From contig CAWKDC010000001.1 in the NCBI GenBank assembly GCA_963848305.1, forward strand, positions 22,490 to 86,489: a DNA stretch of 64,000 nt. Direction: 5' to 3'. Positions 12,681 to 22,256 of the stretch are shown here, one piece after another. A model generated the notes under the pieces. That model saw nothing but the letters and a program-made list of their open reading frames with translations, made no database searches and was not told the DNA's origin. Origin of the DNA: an uncultured Gammaproteobacteria bacterium (lineage in GTDB: Bacteria; Pseudomonadota; Gammaproteobacteria; JABCZS01). How positions within the stretch are numbered: the stretch's first letter is position 1; each line of letters opens with the position of its first letter. The translations under genes and the position numbers were made by a program.

Positions 12681-13964
12681 ATGGCTGTGACTGACGAATC
12701 CCTTCTTACCGACGATTTCCTGCGACAGATCACCGCCGCAGGGGAAGTGGACATCCTTGTCGGCGTCCCCACCTTGAATAATCACGACACCATCGCGCGT
12801 GTCATCAGCGCCATTCGCGTGGGTTTCGTCAAGTACTTCCCGAGGGAAAGGGCCGCTCTGGTCAATGTGGATGGAGGGTCCAAGGATGGAACACAGGAGA
12901 TTGTAAGGAGCACAGCCGCCCCCGATTTCCGGGCCTTTCTGGCCTCCAGTCCGCTCCGCACCATGCACACGCTGACCACGTCGTACGGCGCGATGCAGGG
13001 AAAAGGGGGCGCCCTGCATGTGATCCTGGCAACCGCCGAGTTGTTGCGCGCCAAGGTATGCGCCATCGTTTCTCCGGACCTGGAAAGCCTGACGCCGGAG
13101 TGGATCGAAGCCTTGACGCGGCCGATTTACCGGGAGGGATTCGACTTTCTTGCCCCGATTTACCAGCGCCACAGGTTCGATGGGTTGTTGATCAGTCACA
13201 TCCTTTCTCCCCTCGTGGCCGCGGCCTACGGCTGCGAAATCGAGGAGCCCCTGGGCGGGGAATTGGCGTTCTCGGGCCGGCTGGCTTCCCATTATTTGAG
13301 CCAGGATGCGTGGCAGTTGGACCTGATGCGCTCCGCGCCCGAAATCTGGATGGTCACCACGGCTCTGGTGGGAGAGTACCGGCTGTGCCAGGCCTTTCTG
13401 GGCCCCAAGGTGCATGCGGCAAATCCGGCGAGTCCGGACCTTGCCGTTACCATCCAACAAGTTGTAGGAGCGCTCTTCAGTTGCCTCGAAGCCCACCAGT
13501 CCTACTGGATGACTCACGAAGGAATCCGGAGCGTTCCCGCCTTTGGATTCCAGTATGACCTGGACCTTCCACCCATCCGCGTCAACCGCAAGCGGATGCT
13601 CAACACGTTTCTGAACGGAGTAGCGGAACTCGCCTCAATCCTTGAAGCGGCCCTTTCTCCTCAGACCTTGCAGCAGATTCAAGCGATCGCGAAACTCGAC
13701 GGCGAAGGTTTCTCGTTTCCCGACGATCTCTGGGTCAAGACCGTCTATGAATTCGCCGGCGCCTTTCACCGCTCGGTGATCAATCGCGATCATTTGCTGC
13801 AAGCCTTGACACCGCTGTACCTCGGCCGAATCAACTCCTTTCTTTCAGAAAATCACAGGTCGAGCGCCACGGTAGCCGGGCAAAGGATCAAGAAGCTTCG
13901 TAGCCAGTTCGATAGCTTTGAAGCCCTATTTGGGGGAACACTGGAACGCCCAGAAGTGAGGTGA
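12681..13964 (+). CDS. glycosyltransferase-like protein of unknown specificity (GT-A-like N-terminus)
   Basis: An intact 427-aa ORF, DILVGVPTLNNHDTIARVISAI...VNVDGGSKDGT; its stop overlaps the next gene start (ATGATCTATGG), which suggests an operon with treS. Confidence 0.5.
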   Translation: MAVTDESLLTDDFLRQITAAGEVDILVGVPTLNNHDTIARVISAIRVGFVKYFPRERAALVNVDGGSKDGTQEIVRSTAAPDFRAFLASSPLRTMHTLTTSYGAMQGKGGALHVILATAELLRAKVCAIVSPDLESLTPEWIEALTRPIYREGFDFLAPIYQRHRFDGLLISHILSPLVAAAYGCEIEEPLGGELAFSGRLASHYLSQDAWQLDLMRSAPEIWMVTTALVGEYRLCQAFLGPKVHAANPASPDLAVTIQQVVGALFSCLEAHQSYWMTHEGIRSVPAFGFQYDLDLPPIRVNRKRMLNTFLNGVAELASILEAALSPQTLQQIQAIAKLDGEGFSFPDDLWVKTVYEFAGAFHRSVINRDHLLQALTPLYLGRINSFLSENHRSSATVAGQRIKKLRSQFDSFEALFGGTLERPEVR

Positions 13965-13967
13965 TCT

Positions 13968-14669
13968 ATGGGAGACTTCATTGCGATCAGCCTGATTCAG
14001 ACCCTGCACACTTTCTCGCAGATGGTCATGCAATTTCTGCCCCGGCTGCTGGCGATGCTCATCATCGTCGTCGTTGGTTGGGTGGTGGCTTGGCTGGCGA
14101 AGGCCATTTTGCCGCGCATCTTAAATCTGGTCAGATTCAACTCGTTGTTTGTTAAGGCCGGGGTCGCGCAAGTTCTTAACAAAGCGGCATTGCCCACTCC
14201 CAGCGAAATGCTTGCTCGCCTGATCTTTTGGGTCCTCTGGATAACCTTCATTCTTTTCGGGCTGGAGGCGCTGCAGATTCCGGCCTTGCAGGAGGAGATT
14301 TCGGGATTGTTCCGGATTCTTCCCCAGATCTTCGTGGCCTTGGTCATCCTTTTCGTCGGGGTCTTGATCGCGAATTTCGCCTCGCGCGCCACTCTGCTCG
14401 CCGCCGTTAATGCCAACTCTCCCTCGCCCCGGCTCATCAGCACCGTGGTTCGTTTCGTCATCATCGCCCTGGCAGTGACCATGGCCCTCGAAAGGGTGGG
14501 ACTCGGAAGAGGGGTCGTGCTGATCGCCTTTTCAACGTTCTTTGGCGCCATGATGTTCGGACTCGCGCTGGCTTTTGGCCTGGGAGGCCGAGACTTGGCC
14601 AAGCAAGTCCTGGAGCGCCGCTTTCTGGAGGAGAAGAAGGAAGAGGACCAGGGGATTTCCCACCTCTGA
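13968..14669 (+). CDS. conserved-TM-helix repeat membrane protein (mechanosensitive-channel-associated TM_helix family-like)
   Basis: Repeated amphipathic/TM segments IIVVVGWVVAWLAKAILPRILN...; translationally coupled to the upstream gene. Confidence 0.5.
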   Translation: MGDFIAISLIQTLHTFSQMVMQFLPRLLAMLIIVVVGWVVAWLAKAILPRILNLVRFNSLFVKAGVAQVLNKAALPTPSEMLARLIFWVLWITFILFGLEALQIPALQEEISGLFRILPQIFVALVILFVGVLIANFASRATLLAAVNANSPSPRLISTVVRFVIIALAVTMALERVGLGRGVVLIAFSTFFGAMMFGLALAFGLGGRDLAKQVLERRFLEEKKEEDQGISHL

Positions 14670-14720
14670 CCCTCGTCCCTTGCTACAGAACCAAGCGAAA
14701 CTGGGGTGGGGGTGCCGTTT

Positions 14721-14798
14721 GACGTAGAGGCGGCTTTAGGCCGCCATTTGCCGTGGTTTTACGGTCGCGACATGGCGGCGTAAAGCCGCCTCTACGTC
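14721..14798. repeat. REPIN-like inverted REP pair
   Basis: gacgtagaggcggctttaggccgcc ... 28-bp spacer ... ggcggcgtaaagccgcctctacgtc; it lies between convergent genes. Confidence 0.6.
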
Positions 14799-14813
14799 TT
14801 CACCATCACTGAA

Positions 14814-16220
14814 CTAACAGCGGACAATCTTGTCACGATGGTGCGTCACTCGGGCAGTGGCGTTCCGCGTGTCCACCACAAGCGGGCTCTCGGTGACGAC
14901 CAAGTCATAATCCACATTGCTGTGGTCGGTCACGATCAACGCGCAATCGTGCGTGCGAAGCGCTTCCGCGGTCAGCGGGATGGATTCGCAGACCGAAGTC
15001 GTATTTCCGCATCTTCCCCAGGCGCGGAACAAAGGGGTCGTGGTAGTCAACGTGAGCTCCCTGCGCGCCGAGCAATTCAATGATCTTCAATGCGGGCGAT
15101 TCCCGGACGTCATCGATATCCTTCTTATACGCCGCTCCCAGCACCAGCACGCGCGAGCCGTGCAAGGTTTTTCCGCGCTCGCCCAGCGCCGCCGCCACAT
15201 GATTCACGACGTGATGGGGCATGGCCGTATTGATTTCGCCCGCCAACTCAATAAAGCGCGTGGGAAATTCATACTCGCGCGCTTTCCAGGTCAGATAAAA
15301 CGGATCGACGGGAATGCAATGCCCCCCAAGACCCGGCCCCGGATAAAAAGCATTGAACCCGAAAGGCTTGGTTTTCGCCGCGTCGATGACCTCCCAGATA
15401 TCGATGCCCATGCGCATGCACAGAAGCTTGAGCTCATTCACCAGGGCGATGTTCACGGAACGGTAGATGTTCTCCAGAAGCTTCGTCATCTCCGCGGTCC
15501 GGGATGAACTGACCAGTGGGTGCGTTCGAAGATACTCTGATAGAGCGCCTGCGCGGCCAAAGCGCTGGAGGCGTTCACGCCCCCGACGATCTTGGGAACC
15601 TGGCGAGTTTGGAATTGCTTGTTTCCAGGATCCTCGCGCTCCGGGGAAAAGGCCAGGAAGAAGTCCGGTTCCGCCCCCTCGGACGCCGTCACGGTGACGC
15701 CGTCGGTGGTGTAGGGGGAAACGGGACATTTCAGCCCGCCTTCTCCAGAATGGGAAGCATGTCTTCGTCGGTGGTTCCCGGATAGGTCGTACTCTCCAGC
15801 ACGATCAATTGGCCGGGCTGCAAATGCTCGCTCACCAGCTTTGGCGGTATTCAGGACAAAGGAAAGGTCGGGTTCGCGGTGTTTGTCGAGAGGGGTGGGA
15901 ACGCAGATGATGATGGCGTCCATTTCTTTGAGCCGGGTGAAATCGTCGGTGGCCTGAAAACGCTTCTTTTCGACTTCCTCGGCAATGCTGGCAGCAGAGA
16001 TATGATGAATGTAGCTCTCTCCCCGCCGGAGCTTTTCAATCTTGCCGGGGTCGATGTCAAACCCCGTGGTCTGCGAACCCGGCGTGGCGCACAAAAGCCC
16101 AAGGGGCAGCCCCACATAACCCAATCCGATCACTCCCACGCGAGCCGTTCGATCCTGAAGCTTCGCAGACAGGCCAGACACTCGCGGTCCCGGAGTAAAT
16201 GGCCCTTTTCCAGTTCCCAT
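14814..16220 (-). CDS. nucleotide-sugar dehydrogenase (UDP-GlcNAc/ManNAc 6-dehydrogenase family), with two or three frameshifts
   Basis: [17 protein letters not shown] Rossmann motif, [65 protein letters not shown]. Confidence 0.7.
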
Positions 16221-16323
16221 GAATATTCCTCCCTCGTGCCTATATGATTATCGATCAGGCAGCCCAGCAGGCCGCCTGGCGGACAATGGCGCCCAAAGCC
16301 GGCCATACTGGAAATCGCTTTCT

Positions 16324-17107
16324 CTACCAATCACGCGCGAAGCCGGCCGTCCATCCGCCATCCACCACCAGCACGGTGGCGGTGACGTAGCTGGCGTCAT
16401 CGGATGCCAGAAAAAGCGCGGCCTTGGCAATTTCTTCCGGCGTTCCCGGCCGGCCCAGCGCTACGTGAGACAACAAGCTGTCGCCAGTTTCTTCCCTTCC
16501 GGGCTGTAGAACAGCGACTTCGTTCCTTCCACAAGGATCGAGCCGGGGGCGATAGCGTTCACGCGAATCCCATATTGCCCGACCTCCAGGGCGTGGGAGC
16601 GGGTAAAGTTTATCACCCCGGCTTTGCCGCCGCGAAGGCCGATTGCACGCGAACTGGTACGACGCCAAACGCCGAACTGATGTTGATGATGGTTCCCTTG
16701 CGGCGTTTCACCATGCGGGCCGAAACAGCCCGCGAACAATAGAAGAGCCCGTCCAGGTCCACGCGGATGATCCGGTGCCAATCGTCATCCAGGAACTCGT
16801 GAATAGGGTGGCGCTCTTTGCCCAGGTTGATTCCTGCATTGTTCACCAGGATATCGATTGGCCCGAGGTCCGCTTCCACGGCCGCGACCATCGCGTTCAC
16901 CACATCCACGTCACCGACATCTCCCGGGTAGAATTTTGCCTTCCCGCCGCGCTTTTGAATCTCCGCAACGGTCTGCTCGCCGGTGGGTTTAATGTCATTC
17001 ACGGCAATCACCGCGCCGTTTTCCGAGAAAGCGTAGGCCATGGCCTGCCCAATACCCTGCCCGGAGCCGGTAATCAACGCGACGCGTCCCGCTAAGTCCA
17101 CTTTCAT
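16324..17107 (-). CDS. short-chain dehydrogenase/reductase (FabG-like), with two frameshifts
   Basis: [59 protein letters not shown]; a GGAGGA RBS precedes the ATG at 17107. Confidence 0.7.
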
Positions 17108-17283
17108 AGATCTTCCTCCGAGGATATTAACCGTTGGCCTCGTTTCTGGTAAAGGAGCGGCAAGCGAGAAATGCGCCGTTCCCATCAAGCTTACGGCCGG
17201 TAAAAGGAGGTTCACTCCCCGGCACGAAATCTACTCTGCCTTAAGCCGCAAAGTCAAGTACAGGCGAGTTCACCTCGCCATAT

Positions 17284-17308
17284 GGCGGCGTAGAGCCGCC
17301 TCTACGTC
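17284..17308. repeat. REP unit (ggcggcgtagagccgcctctacgtc) that served as the insertion target of the MITE-like element
   Basis: Same family as 14774-14798; its 3' 10 bp cctctacgtc is duplicated on the far side of the element. Confidence 0.55.
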
Positions 17309-17514
17309 CAACACAGTTCACTTAGCTGTCATCAGGGATTAAACAAATCTAATTACGTGCGAAGCACCTTGGAGTGCGAGTGGCAGCAGCCACCGCCTTC
17401 CGCCCGAGATTCATACGGGACTCGCACGAATGAAAGGCGGTGGCTGCTGCCACTCGCACTCCAAGGTGCTTCGCACGAGCCCATGTCAAAATGCGCGCTA
17501 AGTGAACAGTGTTG
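17309..17514. mobile_element. 206-bp MITE-like non-autonomous element, copy 1: 17-bp terminal inverted repeats, an internal 42-bp perfect-stem hairpin, a 10-bp target site duplication
   Basis: TIR caacacagttcacttagc / gctaagtgaacagtgttg; TSD cctctacgtc at 17299-17308 and 17515-17524; stem arms 17356-17397 and 17436-17477 are perfectly complementary; a near-identical copy lies at 39011-39216. Confidence 0.7.
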
Positions 17515-17579
17515 CCTCTACGTCAGAAGTTAAGCGTAGCTTCACTTCGATTGAGTTTTTGGGCGCTTCAGAGTAAGTT

Positions 17580-19797
17580 ATGGCTGCCTTGGCGAATTGC
17601 AGCAGGGGGTCAGAACAGGGAGGCAGCATGATCCAGCATCCTATTTGCGCAACCAGCACCGCGGACAATTGCATACGTCAAGTCTTGGGGAATTGGCGAT
17701 GTGAACGCGCCTGCCTGAGCTTCTTTTCTCGCCTCGCACTAGTGGTCTTCCTGGGGGCCGCCATGATGCCATTTCCGGGCGGAGCGTTCGCGCAGGAAGG
17801 AGCTCCGGTGGCGCGGTGGTCATTCGACAATGCTACCGGCCCGGCGGTGCGCGACACGGCGAGCGGAACGGAGGACAAGGTTGGAGGTTTCTACCAATAC
17901 GTTGCGGGGGTTTCTGGAAATGGCTTGCGGTTTGATGGATACACCACCAGTGTCGTCCGCAAGGCGGAAAATGCCCCCAGATTGCACGGTTCATTTTCGG
18001 TGGAAGCCTGGATCGCCCTTGATACGTACCCATGGAACTGGATTCCCGTGGTTGACCAGGAGAAGGATCAGCAGGCAGGTTACTTTTTCGGCGTGGACGC
18101 GCTTGGGCACGTTGGTCTGCAGGTGGATATTGACGGGATTTGGTATTCCGTGACCTCGACCGACGCAAATTCCGCTGAAGAAGTGGGCTCAGATTACGGG
18201 GACCTTCGAGGAGAACCGTGGACTGACCCTATACCTTGACGGAAGAGAAGTGGGACGTCTAGCTGCGCGCGGTGCGATGCTGCCCGCCGATATGCAGGAC
18301 TTGGTGATCGGCAGGGTGCGCGAACCGTTGCCTCCCTTCCCTTCTTTCGCCATTAACCCGTGGCATCCGGTCTGGTACTCGCTCGATGGCATTTTGGATG
18401 AGGTGGCGATTTATGACCGGAGTTTGAGCGGAGAAGAGGTTCAGAGGACCTACGCCTCTGCTCACGCCCCCGCCGGAGAAGTTATCCCGTGGCCGGTGCT
18501 TCCCTCCGGCCCTCCCGGAGCGGGTCCTTTCGGCGCCTACTATTACACCCTCAAGTACGAGGACACCTGGGACCGTCTGCGGCGCATCGGGCCTGATTCC
18601 GACGTGGTGGTCCGCTTCGACGACTCCCCGATTCGCCTGGTCTTCTGGCAGGGGACCGGCTACATCCCCACCTGGGTCACCGAGAACGGCACGTGGTATA
18701 CGGACGAATTCCTTGAAGGGTACGCTTCCGAATGCCCGGACCACGGGGATTGCGAGCCCATGTCCGACAAGCAGGACAGGTATTCGCACGTCAACATTGT
18801 GGAGAGCAGCGACGCGCGCGTGGTGGTTCACTGGCGTTATGCGCTGGCGGAGGTGGAACATTACCTGGGCGCCGAGCCCGATCCCTTGACGGGATGGTTT
18901 GATTGGGCCGACGAATATTGGACGGTTTACCCGGACGGGGTGGCCATTCGCAAGCAGGTCTTGCATCCCACCGACCAGACCAAGGGGTTCGAATGGCAGG
19001 AAACCATTGTCATCAACCCGCCCGGCCGCCGCCCGGACGATGATATCAATCTGGACGCCCTTACCATTGGCAATATGAAAGGAGAGACGGCCACTTACAC
19101 CTGGCTGCCAAAGGCTTCAGGAGTGTACGGGGATCTGCACCAGCCTAAATCCATTGATAAACCTGAGAATCCAAATATCCAGTTGGTGAATCTGAAATCA
19201 GCCTGGAAGCCTTTTGAAATCGTTTCTCCCACCCATGCCAGATTCAAAGTCTTCAATGTTTCACAGTCCTATTTCTCGTTTGGTTGCTGGAACCATTGGC
19301 CGATCACGCAAATTGCTTCCAGCGCCAGATATCTGCGTGGCGCCCGACCGGGCGTCGCACACCTCGCTTTCCCACATCTATTGGGACACCTATGCAACCA
19401 CCGAAAGTTCGATCACCAAGCTTCTGATGGATGGCTTGACCACGAAATCGGCCGCGGAACTGCTCCCGCTGGCGAAATCGTGGTTGTCGCCACCCCCGGT
19501 TGAACGTCGAAGGCGAGGTCTTTCAAAGCGAGGGCTACGACCCGGCGCAGCGGGCCTTTGTGGTGGTCCGGAAGAATGGCGGGAAAGCCGGCGGCATTGG
19601 CGTTGACTTTGCAGGCCAGCGATTCCTCACCGGTTTTGAATCCGGCCATCGTGATCAAGAACTGGGGAGATGGCGGCGGCGCAACTGAAGATCAACGGGA
19701 AACCGGTAAACTGGGGGAAGGATTTCCGCCGCGGGTACGTTCAGGAATCTCGACGGCACTGACTTGGTCGTGTGGATCCGGCGGGAGTCAGTAATGC
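17580..19797 (+). CDS. secreted LamG/concanavalin-like domain protein (large, frameshifted)
   Basis: Signal-like LALVVFLGAAMMPFPGGAFAQEG, GNGLRFDG...SFSVEAWIALD LamG-type signature; continues through ORFs 18250.., 19500.., 19558.. Confidence 0.5.
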
Positions 19798-19949
19798 CTG
19801 TCCAGATCGCGTTGACACCGGCGCGCTAAAAAGGCCGTGCCGCGACCGAACACCTCTCGTAGTGGCAAGCCTCGGGTCCCGAAGCGCTAAGAAAAGCGTG
19901 GTCTCGAAGAGATTGCCAGCCTGCATCGCGGTCTTTCAGCACTGTACCT

Positions 19950-21296
19950 TTGGGGGAGTCAATGAACGAAACTAAAGTCGAAAGGCTCGGCAACGGATTG
20001 GGCGATAACAACGGCCTGTCCTGGTCCTGCAATTACGCGCGGGTGATGGGCGCCCAGGAACCCTCCGTCAGCCCGCGGGAGCGATCGATCATCCGGGAAC
20101 ATGCGAAACGGGTGGCCGAGATCGCCGCCGACCCGTCGCAGCAGATCAAGAAGCAGCTCTGGCTCAGCCACAACGCCCTGGGAGAGACCCGGCCACTCAT
20201 CTTCGCTGACCCGGAGAACGCGTGGTATGAGGTCATCCCCGCGGCCCAATTGCAGTGCGAAGGAAACCTGGCACGATTGTGGGAATTCAAGCTCCTGAAG
20301 GAAATCTACTGGGCCGAGAGAATCCGGGACGACAGAGTCATCGAACCTGCGTTTACGGTGTACCACATCTTTGAAGAAAGTGACTTCGGTATCGATGTGA
20401 AGATCATCGGCGCGGACACCGGGGGGGCCTACCGGTGGGAGTCGGCGCTCACCAACTACGCTGACATGGACAAGCTAAAGTTCAGGACGATCAAAGTAGA
20501 TCCGGAAAAAACCTCAAGGCTCTATGACCTTGCGAATGACGTCCTGGGAGACATCCTTGAGGTAAGACTCGCGGGTGTGTGGTGGTGGTCGCACGGCATG
20601 ACCTCCGACCTGATCCTGCTGAGAGGTTTCGAGCAGGCGCTGTACGACATGTCTGACAACCCGGAGGGCCTGCACCAGCTCATGGCCTTTCTGCGGGATG
20701 AAAATCTGGCAAAGCTCGATTTTCTCCAGGAGAACGGGCTCCTCTCCCTCAACAATGGCGGCGACTTTGTCGGTACGGGGGGCTATGGGTGGTCGAGCGA
20801 GCTCCCCGCGGCAGGCTTCGACGGTCGGCGGGTAAGAACCCAAGATATGTGGGGATTCTGTGAGAGCCAGGAAACCGTGGGGGTCTCACCCAAGCAATTT
20901 GAGGAGTTGGTCTTCGCCTATCAGCTACCGATCCTCGAGCGCTTCGCACTGAACATCTACGGCTGTTGCGAGCCGCTCGACGGCCGCTTCGACATCATCA
21001 AGCGAATTCCCAGGCTGAGGAAGGTGACCGTGTCGCCGTGGTCGGATCCGCGCGGGATGGCGGAGAAGATCGGCAGGAACTACGTCTACAGTTGGAAGGT
21101 CAAGCCGGCGGAGATCGCGCCGCCCGTCATCGATGAAGCGCAGATCCGGCAAGGGCTTCGCGACGCATTCGAGGCGACTTCCAGGAACAACTGCCGCGTC
21201 GAGGTCCTGATGAGAGATGTCATGACGCTGGGAGGAAATCCGGAAAACATCATCCGGTGGACGCAAATCGCCCGCGAGGAATCGGAGCGTTCGTAG
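19950..21296 (+). CDS. hypothetical protein (448 aa), possibly a UroD/MtaA-like fold
   Basis: An intact ORF with good coding statistics; no confident family assignment from the sequence alone. Confidence 0.55.
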   Translation: MGESMNETKVERLGNGLGDNNGLSWSCNYARVMGAQEPSVSPRERSIIREHAKRVAEIAADPSQQIKKQLWLSHNALGETRPLIFADPENAWYEVIPAAQLQCEGNLARLWEFKLLKEIYWAERIRDDRVIEPAFTVYHIFEESDFGIDVKIIGADTGGAYRWESALTNYADMDKLKFRTIKVDPEKTSRLYDLANDVLGDILEVRLAGVWWWSHGMTSDLILLRGFEQALYDMSDNPEGLHQLMAFLRDENLAKLDFLQENGLLSLNNGGDFVGTGGYGWSSELPAAGFDGRRVRTQDMWGFCESQETVGVSPKQFEELVFAYQLPILERFALNIYGCCEPLDGRFDIIKRIPRLRKVTVSPWSDPRGMAEKIGRNYVYSWKVKPAEIAPPVIDEAQIRQGLRDAFEATSRNNCRVEVLMRDVMTLGGNPENIIRWTQIAREESERS

Positions 21297-21315
21297 GGCC
21301 GAACGGCGTTCGGCC
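21297..21315 (+). terminator. GC hairpin immediately after the stop codon (no U tract)
   Basis: ggccgaac ggc gttcggcc. Confidence 0.3.
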
Positions 21316-21466
21316 CGGGCCAGCGCTACTGGCGACGCTTGAGTTTTGCTCCACGGAGGGCGTGAAGTGCAGGCCAAGGGTTTGAGGCGCGCCGGGGCAG
21401 GGGTCGACTCACCTGACCCACACCCCGGCGGAACTGGCGCCCAAACCGACTGCCGGCATGCAGCAC

Positions 21467-21976
21467 CTATTGCATATACGACACATAAACGTAGTCAGTG
21501 CTCTTCTGCGTTATGTGGCAGCTAAAACACTCTTTCTTCATGTCCTTCACGGAACCCGCTACTTGATCGTCCTGAAAAACTTCAAAGCCCCACCCTCCTG
21601 TGTCCGGATAAAGCTTGGAGTTTTTCTTCATCAAGTAACGGGCCTTCATTCCCCGAGGCTCGATTGCCCCCTGGGGGGTGCTGATGTTGAAGAGTTCCAT
21701 GGCGAACATCGAACCATCGGCATATGCTTTGTGGTCCTTTAACGAGGTCCAGCCGATGTCATTCACATAAATGTTGTGGAGACCTCCAAACATGTCATAC
21801 AGTTTGTTCTCTTTACTAAAGATCACCATCGTTCTGGTGTGCCTCCAATGGCGGGGATCGTTGGGATAGGCAGGATAGGCAAGGGCGGGTTTCTTCTGCG
21901 CCTGGGCCACTAAGGTCCCCAGGCCCACCGCCGCGCTCACGAAAACCATTAGTAGAATCTTAGTTCTTGAGGTCAT
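21467..21976 (-). CDS. cytochrome P460-family periplasmic haem protein (candidate)
   Basis: Signal peptide MTSRTKILLMVFVSAAVGLGTLVAQA, about 170 aa mature, a single CFSCH haem-binding motif near the C-terminus, GWGFEVF. Confidence 0.5.
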   Translation of the reverse strand: MTSRTKILLMVFVSAAVGLGTLVAQAQKKPALAYPAYPNDPRHWRHTRTMVIFSKENKLYDMFGGLHNIYVNDIGWTSLKDHKAYADGSMFAMELFNISTPQGAIEPRGMKARYLMKKNSKLYPDTGGWGFEVFQDDQVAGSVKDMKKECFSCHITQKSTDYVYVSYMQ

Positions 21977-22256
21977 GGTGAGATACCTCCTCGTTCTAGG
22001 TTGGCGTGACTTCCGCACTACGTAAGCAAAGAAAAGGCTTTCAGCGGCACCCATTCTAGCGCGGTTATTCCCGATTCTCTATATCTTCATGCAATATCTT
22101 CTTCACGCGATATCATTTTTCACGCGATATCATTGACTGCGAACACCGACTATGCTAAAAACTCTCTGCTTTTTTGCCCCAAGGTGACCATCGATTACGC
22201 TCATGCAATGCCCCGTGCTGTTCCCTCCCAATCCTCTCATCTGGACTACGGCCTTT

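Noticed and set aside
12606-13517. 303-aa antisense ORF
   Set aside because: It lies entirely inside the intact glycosyltransferase-like gene on the opposite strand. It has a typical high-GC antisense open frame with no RBS.
12681-13964. Maltokinase (Mak/Pep2) assignment for the treS-adjacent gene
   Set aside because: It has no aminoglycoside-phosphotransferase-like kinase motifs. The N-terminus looks GT-A-like instead.
17356-17477. Reading the hairpin as an invertible promoter switch (phase variation)
   Set aside because: The 38-bp invertible segment is too short to hold a promoter, and no site-specific recombinase gene is nearby. Template-switch inversion is more parsimonious; it is kept as a finding, not as a feature.
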